DNA of 64,000 nt from Escherichia coli (GTDB taxonomy: Bacteria; Pseudomonadota; Gammaproteobacteria; Enterobacterales; Enterobacteriaceae). The translations under genes and the position numbers were made by a program. The notes beneath the pieces are model-generated. The model made no database searches, was not told the DNA's origin, and saw nothing but the letters and a program-made list of their open reading frames with translations. Location of the stretch: assembly GCF_003334785.1 (NCBI RefSeq), contig NZ_QOWV01000009.1; one strand, given 5' to 3'. Shown here piece after piece: positions 1 through 16,775 of this stretch; positions within the stretch are counted from its first letter, which is position 1; each line of letters opens with the position of its first letter.

Positions 1-35
1 AGACTGTTTGCAGCCGTGCGTAAGCTGTCCATCAT
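1..35 (-). CDS. ppiD: PpiD periplasmic chaperone / peptidyl-prolyl isomerase, 5' end only (gene runs off window start)
   Basis: Reverse complement of 1-35 reads ATG ATG GAC AGC TTA CGC ACG GCT GCA AAC AGT = MMDSLRTAANS, the PpiD N-terminus as I recall it; position downstream of hupB fits. Confidence 0.6.
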   Translation of the reverse strand, partial: MMDSLRTAANS

Positions 36-160
36 GGTGTAACAACACTCCGCTGTAGATGACTGTGTACCTCACGCAACGTATCGATGCGCGCAAAGGC
101 CTATTGTGACAAGAAACGGGGGCAATTGTCAGCCCACAAGACGCAGAAAGTCACCGAATA

Positions 161-192
161 CAAATAAAAAAGGCACATCAGTAGATGCGCCC
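161..192 (-). terminator. Putative intrinsic terminator downstream of hupB
   Basis: On the minus strand GGGCGCAUC-UACU-GAUGUGCC hairpin (one G-U pair) followed by UUUUUUAUUUG, about 35 nt after the hupB stop. Confidence 0.6.
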
Positions 193-226
193 TTGAACTT
201 CGTCACATCCCCACTGGGGACAACGC

Positions 227-499
227 TTAGTTTACCGCGTCTTTCAGTGCTTTACCTGCACGGAAGCTCGGTACTTTAGCAGCAGCGATGGTGATCTCTT
301 TACCGGTCTGCGGGTTGCGGCCAGTACGGGCAGCACGCTCTTTAACGGCAAAAGTACCAAAACCTACCAGTGCTACATCATCCCCTTCTTTCAGAGATTC
401 AGTTACGGAAGCAATAATAGCATCTAACGCACGGCCAGCCGCAGCTTTAGAGATATCAGCCCCTGCAGCAATCTTGTCGATCAATTGAGATTTATTCAC
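227..499 (-). CDS. hupB: DNA-binding protein HU-beta
   Basis: ORF track 90 aa [27 protein letters not shown]...; start codon reads GTG in the sequence (revcomp of 497-499). Confidence 0.96.
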
Positions 500-638
500 T
501 CTTCTCTTCCTCTTTATAATTTATATCGCACTTGAATCCTTCAAGGTACGAACGCGCAGCAGTTATATCAGGCCAGCCATCCCCTTACAACACCCCTTAA
601 TAAGGGCAAGCCCGATCCGCCATCTAACTTAGCGAGAC

Positions 639-684
639 AAAAAAAGGCTGGCAAGCCCGAATTAGCCTGCCAGCCCTGTTTTTA
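639..684 (-). terminator. Putative lon terminator hairpin (A-run/stem/T-run, potentially bidirectional)
   Basis: AAAAAAA-GGCTGGCAAGC-CCGAATTA-GCCTGCCAGCC-CTGTTTTTATT; 11-bp stem with one mismatch, about 25 nt past the lon stop. Confidence 0.65.
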
Positions 685-707
685 TTAGTGCATTTTGCGC
701 GAGGTCA

Positions 708-3062
708 CTATTTTGCAGTCACAACCTGCATACCAGACGGTTCATTTTGCAGCGCCAGAGTCAGAACTTCCTCAATGCGCTTCACAGGATGAATGTCCAG
801 ATCGGCAATTACGTTGTCAGGAATCTCTTCCAGATCGCGTTTATTTTCGAACGGAATTAGCACTGTTTTAATCCCGCCGCGATGCGCTGCCAGGAGTTTT
901 TCTTTCAAACCACCGATCGGCAGTACCTGACCACGCAGAGTGATCTCACCGGTCATTGCCACATCGGCACGAACCGGGTTACCGGTCAGGCAAGAAACCA
1001 GCGCGGTGCACATAGCAATACCGGCACTCGGACCATCTTTCGGCGTCGCACCTTCCGGTACGTGGACGTGGATGTCACGTTTTTCGTAAAAATCAGGGTT
1101 GATCCCCAGTTTTTCCGCACGCGCACGAACCACCGTTAACGCCGCCTGAATGGACTCCTGCATCACTTCGCCGAGCGAACCGGTATAGGTCAGTTTGCCT
1201 TTACCCGGAACACATGCGGTTTCAATGGTCAGCAAGTCACCGCCCACTTCCGTCCACGCCAGACCGGTTACCTGACCGACACGGTTTTCGTTATCCGCGC
1301 GACCATAGTCGAAACGCTGAACACCGAGATAGTCATGCAGGTTATCGCCGTTAATTTCGATATGTTTTAATGACTTATCGAGCAGTAACTGCTTAACCGC
1401 TTTGCGACACAGTTTGGAGATTTCACGCTCCAGACCACGCACGCCCGCCTCACGGGTGTAGTAACGAATAATGCCGATAATGGCGCTATCGTCGACGGTC
1501 AGCTCACCTTTTTTCAGTGCATTACGTTCAATCTGCTTCGGCAGCAGGTGACGTTTGGCGATGTTCAGTTTTTCATCTTCGGTATAACCGGAGAGGCGAA
1601 TCACTTCCATACGATCCAGCAGCGGTGCCGGAATGTTCATGGAGTTCGACGTCGCGACAAACATCACGTCGCTGAGATCGTAATCCACTTCCAGGTAGTG
1701 GTCGCTGAACGCTACGTTCTGCTCTGGATCCAGCACTTCAAGCAGTGCAGAGGCCGGATCGCCACGCATGTCAGAAGACATTTTGTCGATCTCATCGAGC
1801 AGGAACAGCGGGTTTTTCACGCCCACTTTCGCCATTTTCTGGATCAGTTTACCCGGCATAGAACCGATGTAAGTACGGCGGTGACCACGGATTTCCGCTT
1901 CATCACGCACGCCGCCCAGCGCCATACGGACATATTTACGCCCGGTGGCTTTGGCAATGGACTGACCAAGAGAGGTTTTACCTACCCCCGGCGGCCCTAC
2001 CAGGCAGAGGATCGGTCCCTTGATTTTGTTGACACGGCTTTGAACCGCAAGATACTCAAGGATTCGATCTTTCACGCGCTCCAGACCATAATGGTCGGTA
2101 TCAAGGATTTCCTGCGCCTGACGCAGGTCTTTTTTGACCTTGCTACGCGCATTCCACGGCACCTGTACCATCCAGTCGATATAACCACGCACTACGGTCG
2201 CTTCTGCCGACATCGGAGACATCATTTTCAGCTTCTGCAACTCTGCTTCCGCTTTCTCTTTTGCCTCTTTCGGCATCTTCGCCGCGTCGATTTTGCGCTT
2301 CAGGGCTTCGTTTTCGTCCGGCGCGTCGTCCATTTCACCGAGTTCTTTCTGAATAGCTTTCATTTGCTCGTTCAGATAGTACTCACGCTGGGATTTCTCC
2401 ATCTGCTTTTTAACGCGGTTGCGAATGCGTTTCTCAACCTGCAGCAGATCGATTTCCGATTCCATCATTGCCATCAGATATTCCAGACGTTCGTTAACGT
2501 CGGACATCTCCAGAACAGACTGTTTGTCAGCCAGTTTCAGCGGCATATGTGCAGCAATGGTATCCGCCAGACGCGCCGGATCGTCGATGCTATTCAGCGA
2601 CGTCAGCACTTCTGGTGGGATTTTTTTGTTCAGCTTGATGTAGCCTTCGAACTGGCTGATTGCAGTACGCACCAGCACTTCCTGTTCCCGCTCATCAATG
2701 GTCGGCGACTCCAGATACTCCGCCTTCGCAGAAAAGTGTTCGCCATTGTCAGAGAGCGCAGAAATACGCGCGCGCTGTAACCCCTCGACCAGCACTTTGA
2801 CGGTGCCGTCAGGCAGTTTCAGCATCTGCAATATAGAGGCCACGGTCCCGACGGTGAAAAGATCGTTTACACCCGGCTCATCCGTTGAAGCTTCTTTCTG
2901 CGCGACCAGCATAATTTTTTTATCATGGTCCATCGCCGCTTCCAGACAACGGATAGATTTTTCCCGCCCGACAAATAAGGGGATGACCATGTGCGGATAA
3001 ACCACCACATCGCGCAGCGGCAATACGGGGATTTCAATGCGTTCAGAACGCTCAGGATTCAT
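708..3062 (-). CDS. lon: Lon ATP-dependent protease (784 aa)
   Basis: ORF track 708..3107; chosen start is the internal ATG giving [23 protein letters not shown]... (784 aa); Walker [10 protein letters not shown] and catalytic-domain motifs present; GAGAG Shine-Dalgarno upstream of 3062. Confidence 0.95.
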   Translation of the reverse strand: MNPERSERIEIPVLPLRDVVVYPHMVIPLFVGREKSIRCLEAAMDHDKKIMLVAQKEASTDEPGVNDLFTVGTVASILQMLKLPDGTVKVLVEGLQRARISALSDNGEHFSAKAEYLESPTIDEREQEVLVRTAISQFEGYIKLNKKIPPEVLTSLNSIDDPARLADTIAAHMPLKLADKQSVLEMSDVNERLEYLMAMMESEIDLLQVEKRIRNRVKKQMEKSQREYYLNEQMKAIQKELGEMDDAPDENEALKRKIDAAKMPKEAKEKAEAELQKLKMMSPMSAEATVVRGYIDWMVQVPWNARSKVKKDLRQAQEILDTDHYGLERVKDRILEYLAVQSRVNKIKGPILCLVGPPGVGKTSLGQSIAKATGRKYVRMALGGVRDEAEIRGHRRTYIGSMPGKLIQKMAKVGVKNPLFLLDEIDKMSSDMRGDPASALLEVLDPEQNVAFSDHYLEVDYDLSDVMFVATSNSMNIPAPLLDRMEVIRLSGYTEDEKLNIAKRHLLPKQIERNALKKGELTVDDSAIIGIIRYYTREAGVRGLEREISKLCRKAVKQLLLDKSLKHIEINGDNLHDYLGVQRFDYGRADNENRVGQVTGLAWTEVGGDLLTIETACVPGKGKLTYTGSLGEVMQESIQAALTVVRARAEKLGINPDFYEKRDIHVHVPEGATPKDGPSAGIAMCTALVSCLTGNPVRADVAMTGEITLRGQVLPIGGLKEKLLAAHRGGIKTVLIPFENKRDLEEIPDNVIADLDIHPVKRIEEVLTLALQNEPSGMQVVTAK

Positions 3063-3144
3063 AGAGCTCTCTCTTAGTTTAATTTCCGCCAGGTAATCAG
3101 ATGACACGACTGTGCTTCACGCCATCTATTAACATGTACGTCAG

Positions 3145-3176
3145 TATATGGGGATGTTTCCCCCACATTCAACGCC
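3145..3176 (-). promoter_or_regulatory. lon sigma-32 (heat-shock) promoter
   Basis: Minus strand reads GGCGTTGAAT (-35-like, consensus CTTGAA) ... CCCCATATA (-10, consensus CCCCATNT) with ~14-bp spacing, ~85 nt upstream of the lon ATG. Confidence 0.7.
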
Positions 3177-3249
3177 GAGAATAGAGGAAAAATTAAAGGG
3201 GAGATAAAATCCCCCCTTTTTGGTTAACTAATTGTATGGGAATGGTTAA

Positions 3250-4524
3250 TTATTCACCAGATGCCTGTTGCGCTTCCGGCTTGCCATAAATCAGCAACGG
3301 TTTGCTTTGACCATCAATTACCGACTCGTCGATAACCACTTTTTCGACGTCTTCCATGGACGGCAGATCGTACATGGTATCGAGCAGTGCGGCTTCTACG
3401 ATGGAACGCAGGCCACGGGCACCGGTTTTACGCGCCATCGCTTTCTTAGCGATAGCATCCAGCGCCTCGTCACGGAATTCCAGATCCACGCCTTCCAGAT
3501 TAAACAGCGCCTGATACTGCTTGGTCAGGGCGTTTTTCGGCTCTTTGAGGATCTGAATCAGAGCTTCTTCGCTCAGTTCATTCAACGTTGCGACAACCGG
3601 CAGACGACCAATAAACTCAGGGATAAGACCAAACTTGATCAGATCTTCCGGTTCAACCTGCGCCAGCAGCTCGCCTTCGCTTGCTTTGTCGGACTTCGCT
3701 TTTACCGTCGCGCCAAAACCAATGCCGGAGCCGGTTTCTACACGGTGGGAAATCACTTTATCCAGACCGGCAAACGCACCGCCACAAATAAACAGGATCT
3801 TAGAGGTATCAACCTGCAAGAATTCCTGCTGCGGATGTTTACGCCCACCTTGCGGTGGAACAGCAGCTACCGTACCTTCGATCAGTTTCAACAGTGCCTG
3901 CTGTACGCCTTCACCGGAAACGTCTCGGGTAATGGACGGGTTGTCTGACTTACGAGAAATCTTGTCGATTTCATCGATGTAGACAATACCACGCTGTGCT
4001 TTCTGGACATCGTAGTCGCATTTCTGCAACAGCTTCTGAATGATGTTTTCAACGTCTTCACCCACATAACCGGCTTCGGTCAGTGTAGTCGCGTCGGCCA
4101 TGGTGAACGGAACATCCAGCAGGCGCGCCAGCGTTTCAGCCAGCAGCGTTTTACCGGAACCGGTCGGACCGATCAGCAGAATGTTACTTTTGCCCAACTC
4201 GACGCCATTGCTGGTATCGCCGTTGCGCAGACGTTTGTAATGGTTGTATACCGCGACCGCCAGCACTTTTTTCGCCTGTTCCTGGCCGATAACGTAATCG
4301 TCCAGGTGGTTGCGAATTTCATGCGGCGTCGGTAGCGCACTGCGTTCACGATGCGGTGCAACTTCTTTAATCTCTTCGCGAATGATGTCGTTACATAAAT
4401 CAACACATTCGTCGCAGATATACACGGATGGACCGGCAATCAGCTTGCGCACTTCATGCTGGCTTTTGCCGCAAAAAGAGCAATACAGCAATTTGCCTGA
4501 GCCATCTTTGCGTTTATCTGTCAT
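3250..4524 (-). CDS. clpX: ClpX ATP-dependent unfoldase (424 aa)
   Basis: ORF track 424 aa [44 protein letters not shown] (zinc-binding N-domain), Walker A GPTGSGKT. Confidence 0.97.
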
Positions 4525-4649
4525 GGGTCAAAACCTCTTCTTTGTTCTTTGTGCCGCACACGACGACGCAAATGCCATTCTCAGGCGCAAGCCGCTTACA
4601 GCGTTGTGCCGCCCTGGATAAGTATAGCGGCACAGTTGCGCCTCTGGCA

Positions 4650-5273
4650 TCAATTACGATGGGTCAGAATCGAATCGACCAGACCGTATTCCACCGCTTC
4701 AGGGGCGGAAAGGAAGCGATCGCGCTCGGTATCACGTTCAATCTGTTCTAATGATTGACCCGTATGAAGCGCCATAAGTTCATTCATGCGCCCTTTAACT
4801 TTCAGAATTTCACGGGCATGAATTTCGATATCGGTCGCCTGGCCCTGGTAGCCGCCCAACGGTTGGTGAATCATCACGCGCGAATTCGGCAGGCAAAAAC
4901 GTTTACCTTTTGCCCCTGCGGTCAGCAAGAAAGCGCCCATCGAGGCCGCCTGGCCCATACAGATGGTGCTGACATCAGGCTTGATAAACTGCATGGTGTC
5001 ATAGATAGACATCCCGGCAGTGATCACCCCGCCTGGGGAGTTAATGTACAGATAGATATCTTTTTCTGGGTTTTCCGCTTCCAGGAACAGCATCTGCGCC
5101 ACAATCAGGTTAGCCATGTGGTCTTCAACCTGGCCAGTCAGAAAAATGACGCGTTCCTTAAGTAGACGAGAATAGATATCAAAAGAGCGCTCACCGCGTG
5201 AGGTCTGTTCAATGACCATCGGCACCAGCGCCATATGGGGTGCAAAGTTATCTCGTTCGCCGCTGTATGACAT
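4650..5273 (-). CDS. clpP: ClpP protease proteolytic subunit (207 aa)
   Basis: ORF track 207 aa [45 protein letters not shown]... Confidence 0.97.
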   Translation of the reverse strand: MSYSGERDNFAPHMALVPMVIEQTSRGERSFDIYSRLLKERVIFLTGQVEDHMANLIVAQMLFLEAENPEKDIYLYINSPGGVITAGMSIYDTMQFIKPDVSTICMGQAASMGAFLLTAGAKGKRFCLPNSRVMIHQPLGGYQGQATDIEIHAREILKVKGRMNELMALHTGQSLEQIERDTERDRFLSAPEAVEYGLVDSILTHRN

Positions 5274-5518
5274 TTCCGTCTCCTGGATAAAATTGAAAAA
5301 ACCTGCTGTACCGATTGTAACCTTATGGACGGATTATCAGCTAGTCCCTGTGTTATGGGTACGGCATCACCATATTTCAAGCATAACAATCTTTTGTTGT
5401 TACGCTAACACCGAAAGAGGCTTTTCGCACGGTTCCATGCAAAATTCATGACAAAAAAAAGCCCACCACCTGGCGGTGACGGGCCTTTGTGCGAATTTAG
5501 CGCGTTATGCTGCGTAAA

Positions 5519-6826
<1,308 letters not shown>

Positions 6827-7083
6827 TCAAAAAATCACAGTGCTCGGTCAACTCTTACCCCGCAAGCACAGGTTGTTGGCTTCGCGGAACCGGGATGTTC
6901 TTATAATCAATCACATTCCCTGTTACCAGAATCATCCCGAAAGCATTCAAATAGGACGCGGCATTATAGCGGCATCACTTTTATGAGTCGAGAACGGTTA
7001 TTGCGCGCTGTCGCGTATTTTTTCACAATTCCCGGGCAATTTTCGTCTGAATGCTGGGCAAAAAGCGCAAAATCCAGACAAAA

Positions 7084-7108
7084 CAAAACGGCCCGCAGGC
7101 CGTTTTTC
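7084..7108 (-). terminator. Putative bolA terminator hairpin
   Basis: AAAACGGCC-CGCA-GGCCGTTTTT: GC-rich stem flanked by A and T runs, ~55 nt downstream of the bolA stop. Confidence 0.5.
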
Positions 7109-7160
7109 ATAAAATCTTTAGCAACATACTGGAAAAGCGCCGACAGTTGCAAATGCGTTT

Positions 7161-7478
7161 TTACGCGATGCTTCCTGCTCCACGACAGGGAGGAGAGGCA
7201 AAGACGGTGTCCTGCAACCCTTCCCACTCCTTAATAGTGTAAGTATGCAGAGCCAGCGCATGAACGGTAGTAGAGAGTTCCTCCGCTAAAGTACTGTAAA
7301 TCATTCGATGACGATTCAGAAAACGTTCACCCGTAAAACGATCGCTGACCAGCACAACTTTAAAATGGCTTTCAGAGCCGGCTGGGACATTGTGACGATA
7401 GCTTTCATCCACTACTTCGAGGAATACGGGTTGGAACGCCGCCCTTAATTTTTCTTCTATCCGCTCACGTATCATCAT
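7161..7478 (-). CDS. bolA: BolA morphogene / transcriptional regulator (105 aa)
   Basis: ORF track 7161..7511; start placed at internal ATG giving [30 protein letters not shown]...; GGAGGAG Shine-Dalgarno immediately upstream. Confidence 0.9.
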
Positions 7479-7782
7479 GAAATATCTCCTCCGACAACGC
7501 TGAGATGTCATCCATCCCTTTAAATACTAGCCGCTTTTACCGTTTCCATTGCAGCTTAACAACAAATATTTAGGTTTCGTCCTGGTTTTTCCGTCAAGCG
7601 TATGAAGTTTACTGATTTAAAGATTGAAACACAGGCCTCGCATCAGTGTTTCTTTTACCAGGGGCGATTATTTCGTCAACATGATGAATTTACATGCCTT
7701 ACCCACTTCCCCTCGCCGTTGGCAATGTTATGATGGCGGGAATTTTTACCAAACACGCTTAAGAGTCTCTGAGAGCCCGAAC

Positions 7783-8361
7783 ATGTTCAAAAAAATCCTC
7801 TTCCCGTTAGTTGCTCTGTTTATGCTTGCAGGATGCGCAAAACCGCCAACAACTATTGAAGTTTCCCCGACGATTACACTGCCACAGCAGGATCCAAGCC
7901 TGATGGGCGTCACCGTAAGCATTAATGGTGCCGATCAGCGTACCGATCAGGCGCTGGCAAAAGTCACCCGCGATAATCAAATCGTTACCCTGACCGCCTC
8001 CCGCGATCTGCGTTTCCTGCTGCAAGAAGTGCTGGAAAAACAGATGACCGCGCGTGGTTACATGGTTGGTCCGAATGGCCCGGTTAATCTGCAAATCATC
8101 GTTAGCCAACTGTATGCTGACGTGTCCCAGGGCAACGTGCGCTACAACATCGCGACCAAAGCGGATATCGCCATCATCGCTACCGCGCAGAATGGCAACA
8201 AAATGACCAAAAACTATCGTGCCAGCTACAACGTTGAAGGTGCGTTCCAGGCCTCCAACAAAAATATCGCCGATGCGGTTAACAGTGTGCTGACCGATAC
8301 CATCGCTGATATGTCTCAGGACACCAGCATCCACGAATTCATCAAGCAGAACGCGCGTTAA
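7783..8361 (+). CDS. yajG: YajG lipoprotein of unknown function (192 aa)
   Basis: ORF track 7624..8361; start placed at ATG 7783 giving MFKKILFPLVALFMLAGC (lipoprotein signal peptide with lipobox LAGC). Confidence 0.88.
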   Translation: MFKKILFPLVALFMLAGCAKPPTTIEVSPTITLPQQDPSLMGVTVSINGADQRTDQALAKVTRDNQIVTLTASRDLRFLLQEVLEKQMTARGYMVGPNGPVNLQIIVSQLYADVSQGNVRYNIATKADIAIIATAQNGNKMTKNYRASYNVEGAFQASNKNIADAVNSVLTDTIADMSQDTSIHEFIKQNAR

Positions 8362-8404
8362 TTTCTGCCCTCTGGCCCGGTGCAAGCCGGGCCTGTAGAC
8401 GCCC

Positions 8405-9880
8405 ATGTCCAGTCAATATTTACGTATTTTTCAACAGCCGCGTTCAGCCATATTGCTGATCCTGGGTTTTGCTTCCGGGCTACCGCTCGCCCTGACATCC
8501 GGTACCTTACAGGCCTGGATGACGGTCGAGAATATTGATCTCAAAACCATTGGTTTCTTCTCTCTGGTAGGCCAGGCTTACGTTTTTAAATTCCTCTGGT
8601 CACCGCTGATGGACCGCTACACGCCTCCATTTTTTGGGCGGCGACGCGGTTGGCTGCTCGCCACGCAAATCCTGTTATTAGTCGCCATTGCGGCGATGGG
8701 TTTTCTCGAACCAGGCACCCAACTCCGCTGGATGGCGGCGCTGGCGGTGGTGATCGCTTTTTGCTCTGCCTCCCAGGATATTGTCTTCGATGCGTGGAAA
8801 ACCGATGTGCTCCCGGCAGAAGAACGTGGTGCGGGCGCGGCAATCAGCGTTCTGGGTTACCGTTTAGGGATGCTGGTTTCCGGCGGCCTAGCCCTGTGGC
8901 TGGCAGATAAATGGCTGGGCTGGCAGGGCATGTACTGGTTGATGGCGGCGCTGTTGATCCCCTGTATTATCGCGACGTTGCTTGCACCAGAACCGACCGA
9001 CACCATTCCTGTGCCAAAAACGCTGGAACAAGCGGTTGTTGCACCTCTGCGAGATTTCTTTGGTCGCAATAATGCCTGGCTTATTTTGCTTCTTATCGTG
9101 CTGTATAAGCTGGGCGACGCATTCGCCATGAGCCTGACAACCACGTTTTTGATTCGCGGCGTCGGGTTTGATGCGGGTGAAGTAGGCGTGGTTAACAAAA
9201 CGCTTGGCTTACTAGCGACCATTGTTGGCGCATTGTACGGTGGGATTTTGATGCAGCGCCTGTCACTGTTCCGGGCACTGCTGATTTTCGGCATTTTACA
9301 AGGTGCGTCTAACGCCGGTTACTGGCTGCTGTCGATTACTGATAAGCATCTCTACAGCATGGGCGCAGCCGTCTTTTTCGAAAACCTCTGTGGCGGGATG
9401 GGCACATCAGCCTTTGTCGCGCTGTTAATGACGCTATGTAATAAGTCATTTTCCGCTACTCAATTTGCCCTGCTCTCAGCGCTTTCTGCTGTAGGGCGAG
9501 TTTATGTCGGCCCCGTGGCGGGTTGGTTTGTTGAAGCACACGGCTGGTCGACATTCTATCTATTCTCCGTCGCCGCTGCCGTACCAGGGCTTATTTTGCT
9601 GCTGGTTTGCCGCCAGACGCTTGAATATACACGAGTAAATGACAACTTTATCTCCCGTACCGCATATCCGGCAGGTTATGCCTTTGCCATGTGGACACTG
9701 GCGGCGGGCGTCAGCCTGTTGGCCGTGTGGTTACTGCTATTGACGATGGACGCGCTGGATTTGACGCACTTCTCTTTCCTGCCTGCTCTGCTGGAAGTCG
9801 GGGTTTTAGTCGCCCTTTCTGGCGTCGTGCTTGGTGGTTTGCTGGATTATCTGGCGCTACGAAAAACGCATCTGACGTAA
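8405..9880 (+). CDS. ampG: AmpG muropeptide permease, MFS transporter (491 aa)
   Basis: ORF track 491 aa MSSQYLRIFQQPRSAILLILGFASGLPLALTSGTLQAWMT...; polytopic membrane protein. Confidence 0.95.
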   Translation: MSSQYLRIFQQPRSAILLILGFASGLPLALTSGTLQAWMTVENIDLKTIGFFSLVGQAYVFKFLWSPLMDRYTPPFFGRRRGWLLATQILLLVAIAAMGFLEPGTQLRWMAALAVVIAFCSASQDIVFDAWKTDVLPAEERGAGAAISVLGYRLGMLVSGGLALWLADKWLGWQGMYWLMAALLIPCIIATLLAPEPTDTIPVPKTLEQAVVAPLRDFFGRNNAWLILLLIVLYKLGDAFAMSLTTTFLIRGVGFDAGEVGVVNKTLGLLATIVGALYGGILMQRLSLFRALLIFGILQGASNAGYWLLSITDKHLYSMGAAVFFENLCGGMGTSAFVALLMTLCNKSFSATQFALLSALSAVGRVYVGPVAGWFVEAHGWSTFYLFSVAAAVPGLILLLVCRQTLEYTRVNDNFISRTAYPAGYAFAMWTLAAGVSLLAVWLLLLTMDALDLTHFSFLPALLEVGVLVALSGVVLGGLLDYLALRKTHLT

Positions 9881-10336
9881 TCTGTAAATATTATTTAGCT
9901 GTAGTAATCACTCGCCGTAATTATTACGGCTAAATAAACATCAGTATCGCTTATTAATATTTGTTCTTTTGTGCGGCTTAGCGTTTGGAAATTATTGGCG
10001 CCATTTATAAATTCTATTTTTCTTACACGATTCAGCTAATGAGTCTTTATTTTCTCATCACCCAGTTGTCACTCTAATGATAATTATTTGTTAAATAATT
10101 GTTTTATTTCACATTGGTTATACCAATTGCCCGCCCAGACTCCTTCAGCACTCCCCTTTTGTTATAACGCCCTTTTGCAACAGCTTCTTAAAATCAACCT
10201 GATATGTTTTGCAACATATGTGACCTGGCAGCCAAATCCAAGTAACAGGAATTTAATCATGTTTACAGTAATGTAACCTTCCCGTAAAATGCCCACACAC
10301 TTTAAACGCCACCAGATCCCGTGGAATTGAGGTCGT

Positions 10337-11287
<951 letters not shown>

Positions 11288-11296
11288 AGGGGTTGA

Positions 11297-14233
<2,937 letters not shown>

Positions 14234-14244
14234 GAGCGGCGGTT

Positions 14245-15135
14245 ATGATGTTTAAGCAATACCTGCAAGTAACGAAACCAGGCATCATCTTTGGCAACCT
14301 GATCTCGGTGATTGGGGGATTCCTGCTGGCCTCAAAGGGCAGCATTGATTATCCCCTGTTTATCTACACGCTGGTTGGGGTGTCACTGGTTGTGGCGTCG
14401 GGTTGTGTGTTTAACAACTACATCGACAGGGATATCGACAGAAAGATGGAAAGGACGAAGAATCGGGTGCTGGTGAAAGGCCTGATCTCTCCTGCTGTCT
14501 CGCTGGTGTACGCCACGTTGCTGGGTATTGCTGGCTTTATGCTGCTGTGGTTTGGCGCGAATCCGCTGGCCTGCTGGCTGGGGGTGATGGGCTTTGTGGT
14601 TTATGTCGGCGTTTATAGCCTGTACATGAAACGCCACTCTGTCTACGGCACGTTGATTGGTTCGCTCTCCGGCGCTGCGCCGCCGGTGATCGGCTACTGT
14701 GCGGTAACCGGTGAGTTCGATAGCGGCGCAGCGATCCTGCTGGCTATCTTCAGCCTGTGGCAGATGCCTCACTCCTATGCCATCGCCATTTTCCGCTTTA
14801 AGGATTACCAGGCGGCAAACATTCCGGTATTGCCAGTGGTAAAAGGCATTTCGGTGGCGAAGAATCACATCACGCTGTATATCATCGCCTTTGCCGTTGC
14901 CACGCTGATGCTCTCTCTTGGCGGTTACGCTGGGTATAAATATCTGGTGGTCGCCGCGGCGGTTAGCGTCTGGTGGTTAGGTATGGCTCTGCGCGGTTAT
15001 AAAGTTGCTGATGACAGAATCTGGGCGCGCAAGCTGTTCGGCTTCTCTATCATCGCCATCACTGCCCTCTCGGTGATGATGTCCGTTGATTTTATGGTAC
15101 CGGACTCGCATACGCTGCTGGCTGCTGTGTGGTAA
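14245..15135 (+). CDS. cyoE: Heme O synthase / protoheme IX farnesyltransferase (296 aa)
   Basis: ORF track 14200..15135; start placed at ATG 14245 giving [22 protein letters not shown]... Confidence 0.92.
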
Positions 15136-15283
15136 CAAAACCTCTCTATTAAAAAGGTGCTACGGCACCTTTTTTCTTAGCATTAGAAACATATCCCTCT
15201 CGAAATATTTACTAAAAAATCCGCATGTTTACCCCATTCGTTTGCCGCTTTACACTAGTCGCGAATTTAAAACAGAGGTGGTA

Positions 15284-16648
15284 ATGAACGATTATAAAAT
15301 GACGCCAGGTGAGAGGCGCGCGACCTGGGGTTTAGGGACCGTATTCTCGTTGCGCATGCTGGGCATGTTTATGGTTCTGCCGGTTCTGACCACGTACGGC
15401 ATGGCTCTGCAAGGTGCCAGCGAAGCATTAATCGGTATTGCCATTGGTATTTATGGTCTGACTCAGGCCGTTTTTCAGATTCCGTTTGGCCTGCTTTCCG
15501 ACCGCATTGGTCGCAAACCATTAATTGTCGGTGGGCTGGCGGTGTTTGCCGCCGGTAGCGTTATCGCTGCGCTTTCCGACTCCATCTGGGGAATTATTCT
15601 GGGCCGGGCGCTACAAGGCTCTGGAGCAATTGCCGCCGCCGTTATGGCGCTGCTTTCCGATCTCACGCGCGAACAAAACCGCACCAAAGCGATGGCGTTT
15701 ATCGGCGTGAGCTTTGGCATTACCTTTGCCATTGCGATGGTGCTTGGCCCGATCATCACTCACAAACTTGGGCTGCACGCGCTGTTCTGGATGATCGCTA
15801 TTCTGGCAACGACCGGCATTGCGTTGACCATTTGGGTTGTGCCCAACAGTAGCACTCACGTACTTAATCGTGAGTCCGGAATGGTGAAAGGCAGTTTCAG
15901 TAAAGTGCTGGCGGAACCGCGGCTGCTGAAACTCAACTTTGGCATTATGTGTCTGCATATTTTGCTGATGTCGACGTTTGTTGCCCTGCCCGGACAACTG
16001 GCTGATGCAGGGTTCCCGGCGGCTGAACACTGGAAGGTCTATCTGGCGACAATGCTAATCGCCTTTGGCTCGGTCGTGCCTTTCATTATCTACGCTGAAG
16101 TTAAGCGCAAAATGAAGCAAGTCTTTGTCTTCTGCGTCGGGTTGATCGTGGTTGCGGAAATTGTGTTGTGGAACGCGCAAACGCAGTTCTGGCAACTGGT
16201 GGTCGGCGTGCAGCTTTTCTTTGTGGCGTTTAATTTGATGGAAGCCCTCCTGCCCTCACTTATCAGTAAAGAGTCGCCAGCAGGTTACAAAGGTACGGCG
16301 ATGGGTGTTTACTCCACCAGCCAGTTTCTTGGCGTGGCGATTGGCGGTTCGCTGGGCGGCTGGATTAACGGCATGTTTGACGGTCAGGGGGTATTTCTCG
16401 CTGGCGCAATGCTGGCCGCAGTGTGGCTGACAGTCGCCAGTACCATGAAAGAACCGCCGTATGTCAGCAGTTTGCGCATTGAAATCCCGGCGAACATTGC
16501 CGCAAACGAGGCGTTAAAAGTGCGTTTGCTAGAAACTGAAGGCATCAAAGAAGTGTTGATTGCAGAAGAAGAACATTCAGCTTATGTGAAAATCGACAGC
16601 AAAGTGACGAATCGCTTTGAGATAGAACAGGCAATTCGTCAGGCATAA
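15284..16648 (+). CDS. yajR: YajR MFS-family transporter (454 aa)
   Basis: ORF track 15086..16648 begins at a TTG; start placed at ATG 15284 giving MNDYKMTPGERRATWGLGTVFSLRMLGMF... Confidence 0.9.
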   Translation: MNDYKMTPGERRATWGLGTVFSLRMLGMFMVLPVLTTYGMALQGASEALIGIAIGIYGLTQAVFQIPFGLLSDRIGRKPLIVGGLAVFAAGSVIAALSDSIWGIILGRALQGSGAIAAAVMALLSDLTREQNRTKAMAFIGVSFGITFAIAMVLGPIITHKLGLHALFWMIAILATTGIALTIWVVPNSSTHVLNRESGMVKGSFSKVLAEPRLLKLNFGIMCLHILLMSTFVALPGQLADAGFPAAEHWKVYLATMLIAFGSVVPFIIYAEVKRKMKQVFVFCVGLIVVAEIVLWNAQTQFWQLVVGVQLFFVAFNLMEALLPSLISKESPAGYKGTAMGVYSTSQFLGVAIGGSLGGWINGMFDGQGVFLAGAMLAAVWLTVASTMKEPPYVSSLRIEIPANIAANEALKVRLLETEGIKEVLIAEEEHSAYVKIDSKVTNRFEIEQAIRQA

Positions 16649-16662
16649 AAAACGCGGCGAAT

Positions 16663-16752
16663 TGCCTGCTGCGCTACGCTTATCAGGCCTACAAAGTTTC
16701 TGAATTACAAACCTTTGTAGGCCGAATCAGGCGTTCATGCCGCATCTGACAT
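16663..16752. repeat. REP/BIME element between convergent yajR and yajQ
   Basis: Two REP-like units (GCCTGCTGCGCTACGCTTATCAGGCCTAC and GTAGGCCGAATCAGGCGTTCATGCCGCATCTGACATG) in inverted orientation, including a perfect 11-bp palindrome GGCCTACAAAG...CTTTGTAGGCC. Confidence 0.75.
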
Positions 16753-16775
16753 GAACAAAACGCACATAGTCGCGA

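Noticed and set aside
1548-2780. 410-aa plus-strand ORF
   Set aside because: Entirely antisense to and embedded in lon; R/H/F-rich low-complexity translation typical of a shadow ORF opposite a conserved gene.
3268-3948. 226-aa plus-strand ORF
   Set aside because: Antisense to clpX.
10088-10276. 62-aa plus-strand ORF upstream of cyoA
   Set aside because: Located in the cyoA promoter/leader; no ribosome-binding site; composition consistent with chance.
15086-15283. 5' extensions of track ORFs (yajR here; likewise lon to 3107, yajG to 7624, tsx to 29889, araJ to 49385, proC to 56229, phoA to 60303, yajQ to 17435)
   Set aside because: Longest-ORF calls begin at upstream alternative codons; the starts I chose reproduce the known protein N-termini and have Shine-Dalgarno sequences, and several extensions would overlap neighbouring genes.
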